Of a stretch of 64,000 nucleotides of DNA, positions 38,718 through 50,649 are shown in pieces. Position numbers and translations under genes: made by a program. This stretch comes from Lama glama (lineage: Eukaryota). Location: the NCBI GenBank assembly GCA_028534125.1, contig CM052832.1, positions 20,462,001-20,526,000 on the forward strand, in the 5' to 3' direction. The notes below the pieces were generated by a model that did no database searches, was not told where the DNA came from, and saw only the letters and a list, made by a program, of their open reading frames with translations. Positions within the stretch are counted from its first letter, which is position 1. Every line of letters starts with the position of its first letter.

Positions 38718-41029
38718 GTATGAATATTCCTGCTCGTTGAGCATAACACTCACTGTAAAATTCTTGCCCTGAAATATTTTGCAAATTTCCTAAATTGAGA
38801 CAAATATGTCAGCTTTCCAAAAGACAAAAAATAAAAAATAAAGGCACAGGTTGAGTTCAGTCTTCTTTTTCCCCTTATTTGTGTTCCCCTAGCTGAAGTT
38901 AATAATTATACCTTTTATTATCTTAAAGTAACTTTTTAACTTTGAGATTTTTAATGACTTGGTTAGCACAGTTTAGCTTTCCCCACGTGGTTTATTGAAT
39001 ATCAGTTAACAACCTCAGACCTGAAAAATTAAGCTGAATTCTTAAAGAAAAAAGAGTTTTGTTTATTCATTTATATATCATCATTTTAGTTTAGTAGCAA
39101 GACAAGGGCACTTGCTATAAATCCTTTAGCTCTTGAACTTGGAGGATTTTACTAAGTTAGTATTTTGTACTTCAGGTTTCTGACAGGAGTTACCATATTT
39201 CTATGTTATTAGACATTAGGCTTCTTTAATTATTTCCTTATTCCTTCTCTTTCCCCCTTCACCCTGTCCTCCATTCTTTCTTTCCATCCTTCTTCCTCTT
39301 ATCATCACCTACCTTCTGGTCAACAGTCAACTTCTCAGAATTTTCTCACCCCGTACTGAGGGTATGAACGTGCTACCACCCCTCCAACATATCCAGGCGT
39401 GGTTTACAGAAAAATGTAAGAGAGTAAGGCAATTCTATCATCACTAGCACACGAGGTGTGCATGAATATGTTATTTACATGAGTCCAAGAAGGCAAATAA
39501 CCCTTCCACTTGGCAGAACACAGTCAACTAATTCAAGCTGGTGAAAACTACAAAAACTTCACTGAATTCCAGAAGTCATTTACCCTCTCAGTTTGTTTTG
39601 AGGCATTTTTCCCTAGCATTGGTTAAATAGCTATCATTTTTAACATTTGCATTCCTCCCCCAAGCCCCCTAAGGGAGGATAGTACTATTGTAATTATACC
39701 GCATTCTTCTGAGGTTCCATAACGAGCTATTATTTTGCTAATGGAATATTCAAGTAGTCTGTAGTAATTCATCAAATAGTCCCAAATCCCATTTTCTCAG
39801 TGTGAATCTTTTTGTTCACAGGTAAATTGATGTGTGGGGGGTTATCAAGACTTTTTTGTAATTCAAATTATCCATTCCACCTCCCTTGCAAAAAAAAAAA
39901 AAAAAAAAGAACACGCAATCTTACAAGAGTTTTTAGAAATGTTTAGAGTTAAAATTGTCCAGATTTTATGCAAGTAGTAATTTCTGCATTTTAATTTGTT
40001 TTTTATTTTTGCATTTTGATCTCAAATTTTGAAAATGCACCTGAATTGAAGGAGGGAGGTAAAATGTAATTCAGCTCCTTTCACACTAAGATCTGTCCTT
40101 TTGTCAGCTTGAACTACTAGCAGGAGAGCCCTATTCTTAATTAGAGATCCAGGAACAGGAACCCTTCTCAGCTCAAACTCTTCCATCTTCCTCCACTTTA
40201 AAAGACATGAATTTAAACTGTGTAGTTTTTATTGAAATGGACACCACTTTTTGGCATAGAACTCTTAAAAGTATAATGGATTGTCCATGTATTGATGAAT
40301 ATATAAGAACCCTTGAGCAGAAAAATATGCACATAAATCCATGCTGGGAGAAGTATTTTAAACTATCTGAATAAACAACAAACAAATGCAAATTACTTGT
40401 AAAATTAACTAAGCCATTGACCTTAAGGCTCCAGTTCCTGCCATGACAGTGACATGACTTATACTGTAGGCTCAATTTCCTCAGATCAACCTTAAAGTCT
40501 ATTTTATAAAGGTATCAATACAAGAAAACATCTTTGAGATGCTAACCAAAATAACTAATATAAATAAATAAAATAAAGTAACTAACAGAAGGCCCTGAAG
40601 AGGCTGATGGATGTCTGCATATGAAAGAGTAGGGGGCTGCATCCTCCTTAGAAGATTTGCATCCTCCCATGGAAATGCTCCAAAGATGTCCTTGAGGAGA
40701 TAAAAGTGGTAAGAGCCTTTTACAGTTTGCACTTGCCATTCTTTTATATGGTCTTTGGACAATCATCACCTTCCCGTTCACCAGAAGTCTTCTCCAGCAG
40801 CTCAGATCACTAAAGTGGGCTCTCTGAGATAATACTAGGCAGTACAAAGAGCCTGCCTGAGTGACAAATTGTTAAAAATAGGTGAAGACTGACCAGCTGC
40901 CCCTGGGCATTCACTCTTCCCCATCAATATCCATACACTGATGGATGTCAGCCTAGGGAGACTGCCTCCTCTCATTGCTGTGTTACCATCAAAAGTGAGA
41001 CATGAATCACTGATCAGATGAAACCCTTG

Positions 41030-41700
41030 TGGGAGTGATAGTTAACAGCCCAGAATCCACAGAGGGTCTGTGGTGCCTCAGACTCTCTGCCCAAGGATTT
41101 AACCCCTCCTCTATTTTTAAAATTCACCAAAATTCACACAGACTGAAGCCTCGCCTCTGGCCATTACCCAAAACACACTTCCAGAAATTCAGAGATCCTG
41201 CTGAAACAGAGCAGCTGATGCACAAGGAGAGTATGAACTTACCGAGACACCCGGACAGCAGTGCCTACAATTACCTAAAACAGAAAGAATGAACTGGACA
41301 GCAAGCACCATCTGAAGCAAAAGCATTAGAACCGATTAAGAATTAAAAATAGTGCGATAAATATAGCAATATTAGAAGATATTAGCCATATAAATAAGAA
41401 CAATAAGCCACAGAAGAAATTCCAAATGGAAATGTGATGTACAAAAATTTGGGACTTTTTCTCAGAATTAAAGAAAGATGAAAGATTTTGGATTTAAAAG
41501 GACCACTGATTGCCAAATAGGACTGACAATGAACCCCACACCTAGACAGAGTACAATTCAATTTAAGAAAATCAAAGTATGAGAGAAAATTCTGAATACT
41601 GTTAAATAGAAGGCAAAAGAAAGAAAAAGTACTCCAAGTGAAAACAATTTTAGAGGATGTGATCAAATTAGAAGAAAACAAACCTAGAAGATGATAGAAT
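41030..41700 (+). mobile_element. Very old L1/HAL1-like ORF1 fragment
   Basis: TTCTCAGAATTAAAGAAAGATG...CCCACACCTAGACA...GAGAAAATTCTGAA resembles decayed ORF1. Confidence 0.5.
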
Positions 41701-41758
41701 AGATACGATAACTGAAATGATCAACTACAGCGGTAACAGCTGATGTTGGTGAAGACTG

Positions 41759-41799
41759 AGGGGGGGGGTGTGTGTGTGTGTGGGTGTGTGGGTGTGTGG

Positions 41800-41858
<59 letters not shown>

Positions 41859-41860
41859 GG
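41759..41860. repeat. Compound G-run/(GT)n/(GA)n microsatellite
   Basis: Seen directly. Confidence 0.95.
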
Positions 41861-42054
41861 AAAACATCAAGAGCAAATGGAGAAATACATATATAGTATA
41901 GAGTAATTCAGAAATAAATTTCAACATGATTCAATTTGATGTCGTGGGCAACCTGAGGGATGACAGTGAATTAATACAGTTGTTTTGTCAAGAAAAATGT
42001 CCTTTTGGGAAAGTTATGTTCATTGCTTTTGTTGTTAGAAGAAAAATACATAAA

Positions 42055-42059
<5 letters not shown>

Positions 42060-42090
<31 letters not shown>
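42060..42090. repeat. (GT)n microsatellite
   Basis: About 15 GT units, seen directly. Confidence 0.95.
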
Positions 42091-42093
<3 letters not shown>

Positions 42094-42554
42094 CATAATA
42101 CACATTTAAGATTGTTTTTTTACAAGGAAATAGTCATGATTTGGGGTCTTTGTAGAGGGCAGCTGTCATAATAATGAAATAAATAAATGCCATGTATAAA
42201 TTTTAAACAGCAGATCAAATTACAATCTATCAAATAGAAAGCATAGATGCAGGAAAAAAATGTGAAGTTTACATGAAAAGTAATTACCAATATAATAGTT
42301 GTTATGTCTATCTAGTATTATCCATAAAAGTGAGTTAAACATTTTAGTTAAAAAGCAGACTCTAATAATGTATTTTTTAAAAAGTGTCAAAAATATGTGT
42401 TATAAAGAAAAAATATTAAGGTGTATCAAACACATATGAACCAAAAGAGAATTGACATAGTAATCTTATACCTGACAAATATAATTTACTGCCAAGAAGG
42501 ATGTTATGTACTGGTAAAAGAAACATTAGGAAAAGAAGATATATTTATCACTAA

Positions 42555-42697
42555 GTCATGTCCATTTATTTACACATTGTATATGGAATTCTCACTGCAG
42601 TGGCACAGCTGAGCAGTTGTTAACACACTAAACGACTTGTACAACACTGAAGTATTTACTATCTGCTCTTAAACAGAAAAAGTTTACCAATTCTTGA
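42555..42697 (+). mobile_element. MER58A-like hAT-Charlie fragment
   Basis: CATTTATTTACACATTGTATATGG...AAGTATTTACTATCTGCTCTTAAACAGAAAAAGTTTACCAATTCTTG. Confidence 0.65.
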
Positions 42698-42739
42698 TAT
42701 ATAAAACTGAGTCCTAGAAGCAGAGAATAAGTTAAATAT

Positions 42740-44125
42740 AACATTTGATGAGAACCAGAATTACACAAATGATAGAATTAGTAGACAAGAACATTAAAAA
42801 AGCTATGATGTCTGTATTCTTTATGTTCAGGAAACTAGATGAGAGATTGAACATGGTATATAGAGACACAGAAGATATATTTTTAAAAATGAGTTGAATT
42901 TATACTGATAAAAACTATATCTGAGATGAAAAATTCACTGAATGGGATTCATGGTTGAAAAGATAAGGAATAGGAAGAGATTAGTGAAAATGAAAACATA
43001 TCAACAGAAACCGCCTAATATGAAAGAAAGATATAAAAGATAAAGGCAAAACAAACAAACATTGGATGTAGCACCAAGGAGCTCTGAACAAATGTACAGA
43101 TGATTAGAGTTGCAGAAAGACAAGAAATCAGAGGTAACAGAGTATTTTAAAAAATAATGGGCACAGCAGTTTTTCTGAATTTGCTGAAAACTGTATATTC
43201 CTCAGATCCAAGAAACTCAATAAACCTCAAGTGCAAGTGACATGAAAGAAACTTTACCAAGTCACATTTATAATCAAATTGCCTAAAATCAGTAATACAG
43301 AAAATCTTAAAAGCAGCCAGAAGCAGAGAAAAAAGTACATTTCATGTAAAAGAACAAAAATAAGTATCAATTCTCATTGGAAGTAATGCAAACTAATAGT
43401 ACTAAAAGAAAAACTGTCAACCTCAAAATTATTTACCTATTGACAATATCTTTCAAAAACAAAGATTAAATAAAGTCTTTTGAAACATACAAAACCTGAA
43501 AGCAATCAAGAGCACTGGGGATAACTATGTAGGTACATGTAAGTCTTTATTAGAAAATTATTTAAATATCTTTAAAAGAGAATCTGCCTTTTAAAGCAAA
43601 ATTAATAACAACGTGTAATAAGGTTTATAACACATGTCAAAGCAAAATGTATAATCACATCAGTTCCAAGCCTGGAGGGGAAGAAGCAGAAATGCATCAT
43701 TTTAAGTTTCTTAAGAGTATACGTGAATTTGTAGAATATCACTTGAATGTAGACTGTGGTAAGTTAAAAACGTGTACTTCAACTCCTAAAGTAAACACTA
43801 AAATAACATAATAAACAGTTATAACTAATCCTCCAACAAAAGGAAAATAAAGAAAAATAAAGAAAACAGAAAAATAAAGAACAGATGGGACAAACAGAAA
43901 ACAAGCAGCAATCTGATAACAGACTATCAATATATATACCGATATAGACTATCAATATATGATATATAATCATATCAAATCTAAATGGTGTAAACCTGAG
44001 TTAAAAGGCAGAGATTATATGACTAGATCACAAAAGATATAACTGTATGTTGCCTAAAAGAAATGCATTACATAAATGTAAGAATTACACTAAAAGCAAA
44101 AGGATAGGAAAAGATGCACTACCTA
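42740..44125 (+). mobile_element. Old LINE-1 (L1MD/ME-type): ORF1, inter-ORF region and start of ORF2
   Basis: TAGAATTAGTAGACAAGAACATTAAAAAAGCTAT...CAGATCCAAGAAACTCAATAAACC...AAAATCTTAAAAGCAGCCAGA...TAAATGGTGTAAAC...TTAAAAGGCAGAGATT...GGATAGGAAAAGAT. Confidence 0.8.
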
Positions 44126-44259
44126 TGAAATGGACAAAAACGACCAAGATATGAAAATATATTTTTCTCTTACACATGAATAAAAACTTGGCTAGAAATG
44201 GAATCCTTTCATAAAGCTCTGTTCTTCATGAACTTTTGACGAGGGATTAATTTAGAGAC

Positions 44260-44570
44260 CATATTGCCTGCTGATGTGTTTTTCTTAGCCTGTAGAGTAG
44301 TAACAGAAAATGTGAATTTGTTAATGGCTTAAAAAAATCTGGAGATTTCACATAAAAATTCGCATTTCTGGCTTTTCTCAAAAGGTTATAACAGTTGGCA
44401 GTCTTGGAATAGCATTTGCACATAGCAATACAGAAAGAGGGTTGAGTGGCAGCTTCTGCCTTTAGTCTGAACCAGCAATCTTCAATTCACCATCTCAAGC
44501 ACTAAGGCTACTTCACTCTCTTGCGTTAACCTGCCTGACTTCTGATGGCATTTGGGATTGTGAGCCCTGA
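44260..44570 (-). mobile_element. hAT-Charlie MITE (MER102-like)
   Basis: GGAGATTTCACATAAAAATTCGCATTTCTGGCTT...GGCATTTGGGATTGTGAGCCCTG terminus. Confidence 0.6.
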
Positions 44571-45084
44571 TGTTGCTTGACTGGTTTCTAGAACTTTGCA
44601 TTACTGAAGAAAATTGTGAAGCAATTCTGGCTTTTGTTGTTTGATTTGTTGTGACTTTTTTTTTTTTTTAATGCTTTGCCTGGATGGAATTAAGACTTCT
44701 TTAAAAGTTGAAACTACAGGTACATGAAAAAAAAAAAAAAGTGAACCTGTTTCTGTTTTTCTTCATTTACCTGACCGGTGAATAATTTGTTCTGCATACT
44801 AAAGTATTAGCTTAGGAAATTCAGCTTCTATTATAATTTATTTATTACTTTCATTTCTTTATTATGCTACCAGTTAAGTATATGTTGAAGTTTTTTTTTT
44901 TAACATTCTATTACCTTTTCTCTCATGGTTTCCGTTTCCTCATTTTTTCCTTCTGTGTTCTAAGATAAACACTCAAGTATTTATTCATTATTAAAAGCTC
45001 AATTTTCTATAATGCTGATACAGCTCTTTATTATCTCTAGTAATCATTTCAATCTGCAATTACATTTTAGTTTTTGAATATATT

Positions 45085-45330
45085 AATACTAATTAATATT
45101 TAATGAGCACTTAACTATATGCCAAATGCCATTTAAACACTTTGAATATATTATCACAATTAATTTTTTTCAGAAATCCTGTGAAGAATGTACTATCATT
45201 ATCTCTTCTACAGGTGAAAAAATAAGGCTTTCTGAGATTAACTTTTTCAGGATCAAAGAGTTGGAAAACAGTGGAACCAGGACACATAATTAGGCATTTT
45301 TAAATCTAAAACCCGTTCAACGAACTGCAC
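45085..45330 (-). mobile_element. MIR SINE
   Basis: ATTTAATGAGCACTTAACTATATGCCAAATGCC...TACAGGTGAAAAAATAAGGCT. Confidence 0.7.
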
Positions 45331-45411
45331 AGTAAGCTTTTCTTATTTCCGGTTACTTAGCTTGCTCCTCTTCCAATTCATTTATTTCTTTTACATTTAA
45401 TTATGTTTCTT

Positions 45412-45605
45412 TTTAAATTTTTTAACTGTGATAAAATACATGGAACATACAATTCACCAACATAACCATTTTTAAGCGAGCAGATTACATGCGCTAGTTC
45501 ACATTGTTCTGTAACCAACCTGTCTCCAGAACTCTTTTCATCTTTTGAAGTTGAACTTGGAACCCTTAAACAACAACTCCCCATTCTCCCTACTCCAGCC
45601 CCTGT
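45412..45605 (-). mobile_element. L1MB-type 3' terminal fragment
   Basis: TGTGATAAAATACA...AACCATTTTTAAG...TCTCCAGAACTCTTTTCATC...CCCTTAAACAACAACTCCCCATTC...CCAGCCCCTG. Confidence 0.8.
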
Positions 45606-48600
45606 CATATATGCCGTCTTATTTTGTTTCTCCAATTCATTCTCTATCTCAGGCTATTTTAATAATATTTTAATAATGCAAATATTAAAGATTTAATGAT
45701 TAGTTTGTCGTGAAGGAATTTAGTTTTCCTAAAATTTTTAGAATACAAATACAGTAATTTACAAACTTTTTAAAATTTAGAAATGTTTCCAAAATATGTT
45801 CTTCTCTTCTGATGCTATATAGTTTCTGTTTCATATAGTAGAATCACTTCATATGATACTGATTTGTTTTGAAAAGATACTCTTCTATCCTTGAAAAGAA
45901 TGGTATTAATCAACCTGCTGGTATTAATCAATTTTATTTGAGCCCAGGCAGAATCACCCTTTCACAGATCTCAAGATAGAGGAGGTCTGAATGTTTCCAA
46001 TCCCAGTCAACTTTCTGGTTCTGTGTTGTCTTTAGTACGGATCCGTTGGCCTGAGGAACAATCCCACAGTCTTAAGATGTGATTATTTTATCACCAAAGA
46101 AGAGTCTTAGCCTGTACACTTTAGTCAAGTTGTGTGTATTTCTTGCATTGAAAAAAAAAAAAAAACCAGCCTCAAATGGTGAAATAAGTATTCCGACATC
46201 TGGATCTAAAAGGTTACTACGACCATACTGGCCTCGGCAGAGTTTCATTCCTGAGGAATACTGAGCTGAGAGATGCATTAAAGACTGAAGAGGGGCCAAA
46301 GGGTGGAACAGCGTGTTTGCTTTCCATGCTGAGGAGCTTTCACAAAGCAGAAAGGCAGACGTATGCCTCTCTGAGTCTGCGCAGATGGAAATCCGCCACC
46401 TTATGAAGAGGCATGGCTTTGCCATCCTGCCTCCAGGCTAAGCTTTCCTTAGTTGACTCTCCAACTTCTGCTTGACACATTTTTGACCAACATTTCTAGT
46501 TTCCACGGTTGTTGAAACTGCATCTTTTTTCCTATTTTCAGGAACATTGTCATGGAAAGGTTCCAGGGGGTGAATGAGGAACTGCTGATTACCAACTAAG
46601 CAGCCAGAATACCCTCTTTCACATATAAAGATGAAGCTGGTAATGGCTTTTGCCCTCCTGCGCCAGCTTGACTGAAAACCCAGGGTACGCCAACAGTCTT
46701 TTCTAAGCCATACACATGGACAAAGTGCCTTTTGACTATAACTTCAGCTGGTCTCTGAAGAGCCAAGTTCTGTTTACTATCACAGCTTTTCCATTTCCTT
46801 TTCTCAGAAGAATTTTGGCAGAAAAAGGTATATATACAAATTGCACCAATCACTTATATTGAGATGCTACTTGCAAGTATTCTTCTCCTAAAAATATTCA
46901 TTTCTTTTCTACCTCTTTTAGACCAGATGTAATTCACTTTAAATTGTCAGATAGTTTTTTCACAGTCAAGGTTGAATGACTTTCAACCTTCCAAATTCTA
47001 TTTCATGTCCATCATACATCTTAGTTGAATGAACAGTCTTTCTGGAAGTGATAATAGCTAAATTATAAAATCTATTAACAATCCATTCTACCATGGTCTA
47101 GTTTTTCATGATTCGATTTAGGGAGGGAAGAACAACTCAGGAATAGAAAAGGACAAGAGTGTGAAATTTAGGCAAAAATAGTGGGCTAAAGTTTGAAATT
47201 AGAATTTCAACTAAAGCCTGGTTTAAGAAAACAAACTCAAAACAATCTGAATTTAGGACAGGAGTTATTGCATGTGTGCATGTGTCCACTATGGTGCATG
47301 AACATTCTATGAATTAGCTCATGGGCCGTGACTGCAGCATTTCTTATGGAAATAGTGGGTGGCTTGTGAGCGTGATCTCATCCATCCTCAAGGAGCGGGA
47401 GGTTGTTTATGTGAAAAGGTTATTAACAACAATAATTCTGAAGAGAGGAAGTGTTACCCACTGTTGCGAGTCAGCAGCTTAGATTCTATTTCTGGATCTA
47501 TGTGAGTTTTTTTTTAAGAGGTTTCAGACAGGTCATATTTTCTCAGGACTACTGTTCCTGTATCTGTTTGGTATACTAATAGTTTCCATTCACTACTGTA
47601 TGGCTATTTTGTGAGTTTTAAAAACTGTAGCTAAAGTAATATGCAAAAATGTTTTAAAGTCGTTGGACAACCTCCAGGACAAAGGCGGAAGTGTGACTTC
47701 TCTGGAGAACACGTAATATCTTTTCACAGCAAGTGTTGTGTGGTCTTTTTTTTCTTTTTAATGGAAAGCCTCAACACTGCCAAGTAGATTCTTTCCAAAA
47801 TTGCCACTTAGTGGCTCCTTACCAGAGCTATATGAGTTTCACATGACCTCATTATTAGATATGTTTTGTAACGGATGCATTTTCTTATTTTTTAAAAGGG
47901 AAAAAAATCACAATGAATTTCAAAGTCACTAAGAATTTGGGGACCATTTCTGGAACAACAGTCGTTCTTCATATTGAAAATGGACTTGTGAGGACAAGTC
48001 TACTTCTCTTCATGAGATGCCCTGGGCAGGTGTGTAGAAGCTGGTGGAACATTATCTGCTTGAGACCAAAGAGGATGCATAGGTGTGGGAGATTTAGCTG
48101 TAGGGAAATGATGAAGCAGATGGGGATGAGGGTGGGTGCAAGAATCTCAAAGCCAAGTATGTATATTTATCTCTGTCAATTAATAAGAACTTAAACTTGC
48201 AACACACTTTATAGTTTCAGATAGCATACTGTGAATGTTGTTTCATGAAAACTGTAAAGTACAGCAGTGTATTGTTTCAGGTGGAAAAGACTAAAATTTG
48301 GACTTATTAACTGATTTGTCCACGGCGGCATTATCTGGAAAGCTAGCATTCCATCTCTAACATTGTGATTCTCCCCCTAGGGATTTGTGTTCTACCCTTG
48401 ATTCTCAGCTAGGGAGGAAGAGAGAGGGTCTTATACATTTCATGCTCCCTGCCTGCCTATCTGCAGACCTTGGTGTGCAATGTTCCGCCACTGGAGAACC
48501 ACTGACAGCAAGCCCCCATGAGGGGTGGGTGTCCCCTCCAGTGTGCTGGGATGGGAAACTGCCTGCTAACCACAGAATCTGGCCTTTCTTGGTGGGTGTA

Positions 48601-50493
48601 TTTTTCTTTCTATGTAAACGATGAAACTATATCATGAACATGAAAGGCTTATCTTCATGTTCTCAAGCGAGAGTTTTTCAATACACCCGGATACTTGTGA
48701 CAATGTTTATCGCCACTCAGAGTTGAAATCTGGCTGCTGCTTTTATGCTCTGATAATAGCTCGAGCCATCCTCCACTGCCTCTATCGAAAACTAACATTC
48801 CCCAGGCCTAATTCCCTTCACTGCTGGTGCCCTAGTTTTTCTTTTCTTTTTTTTTCCTTTTCTTTCTTTTTTTTTTTTTTTACTAATGTACATTTTAACT
48901 GAAAACACATGACACTGGAGAGATTAAAACCTCTCTAAAACATAAGCGAAGAAACATTTTGTAACTTGACTTTCCTCTGGACTCTATCCCAATGAGATTT
49001 TCATGTGGCTGCTGTTCCTGAACGTCACACTGGCATCTCTGTTTTGGCATAAACTTGGAGAAAGAAAGAAAATGGGCTTCTTTTCTCATGAAATCTCATA
49101 TCAGCCCTCAGAGAAAGGAAGAGGGAACTGTTTCAAGAGAGACATACCTCAATTTTGTTGCAAATCCTTTTCTGCCTTCCAGCCTTCAATATCAATATGT
49201 CACACTAAATTATTTCATTAAGTACTTCATCTCCTCTGTAACCTGCTTGTCTTTGAGGACAAACTTTAGATCGGCTGTGTACACGTCTGCAATATTTCGA
49301 CTCAAAGAACATCTGCTGACTCTTAACCAGAAAGCTATGGGCATTCTTTTCCTCCTCCCTTCATAAATATATATTGCAGTTGCCACTGTTATTAAAAAAA
49401 TTATCCTTTGGTCCTTAGCGATCTACCGCGCTCCACACTCCCTTCATTCTTAAACTGACCTTGCTCCCTGAGAAAGACAAGAAGACATCCTTAAGTGACA
49501 ACGAGACAAATTTCATTTTGTTAGGGACTGCCTTTTCAATTATTTCTCTCTTCTCGATTTCTCCTTGCTGACCTGGTCCAAGCTGTTACTTTGACAGGGG
49601 TCCCTAACCTCTAAATTAAAATATGCAAATTGTTATGCTTCCTTCACTAGGACCAGGATGGTCTACGCACTGTAATTGCAAAAGATTGTTCAGTTCCATT
49701 TTATACCAGAAGAATATAGTTACCTGCTTCTGCCATTTCCCATTATGAAAAAAAGAATACCCTGCAGACTGATATATTATAAAGCAATACATTTATGCAT
49801 CAGTATATTTCTATTCTAAAAATGAAAGATTATTATATTTTGTGACCCACATTCTGCCACAAGGAAAATATGCCCAAATATATCCAAGTACTTTCAAGGA
49901 CTTGGTGGATATATTTTAAATGTTTCAATAACAAGAAATAGCCAACATTAATTTGAAACATAGCTTTAAAGTACTTAAAATTTTTTAATAGACTTCATAC
50001 ACACAATAGTTACTACCAATGAATTTTTAAAATATTCCTTCTTTAGTAAATTTTTGGAATTGGGATGCTTCCCTAGTTACCTGATCAATCAGTACTGTTC
50101 CAGGCTGATAAACAGGTCATTTTCAAGGCCATTCTATATACTGTTTGCCTATATATGCACATACAATATTTTCCCATTATTGTAAAAAAGTTCTGTTTCT
50201 CAGATAATAATATAAAATCAGTTTATAAATACCCACTGTGATGACTAACAATATTTAGAAACACTCAAGGCTTATTTCTGTGATGCCATCATATCTGCCG
50301 AAATTCTCCAAAATTCCTAAGTGATCATGAATTGTCTCCTGAGCATCATGGCTTTTCCTAGGTTGTCTCGGGAGATCTGGGGTGGAAACCTATTTGGAAA
50401 CCACTCTATGGGAATCATTTATCTGTAGGTGAAATAACAATAATAAATAAAACTACTGTAAAATCAGAAGGTTATTTGTTACTTTGGAACATT

Positions 50494-50648
50494 CAGTTGG
50501 CCCTTAAACAATGCGGGAGTTAATCCACGTGTAGCTTCTGGTCAGCCCTCTGTATCCACGGTTCCTCCACATTTGCAAATTCAACCAACCAGAGACCGTG
50601 CAGTACTGGACTATTTACTATTTGAAAATACCTGCATCTAAGTAGACT
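50494..50648 (-). mobile_element. MER8-like Tigger MITE, truncated by the adjacent L1
   Basis: CAGTTGGCCCTTAAACAATGCGGG TIR, CAGCCCTCTGTATCCACGGTTCC, TTCAACCAACC, CTATTTACTATTTGAAAA. Confidence 0.7.
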
Positions 50649-50649
50649 T

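Larger units (their letters stand above)
44130..46600 (-). mobile_element. Highly decayed HAL1/L1ME-like element with nested insertions
   Basis: TTGGCTAGAAATGGAATCC, TGTGACTTTT...TTTGCCTGGATG and TTAGGAAATTCAGCTTCTATTAT resemble antisense HAL1 ORF1; interrupted by the three elements listed next. Confidence 0.4.
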
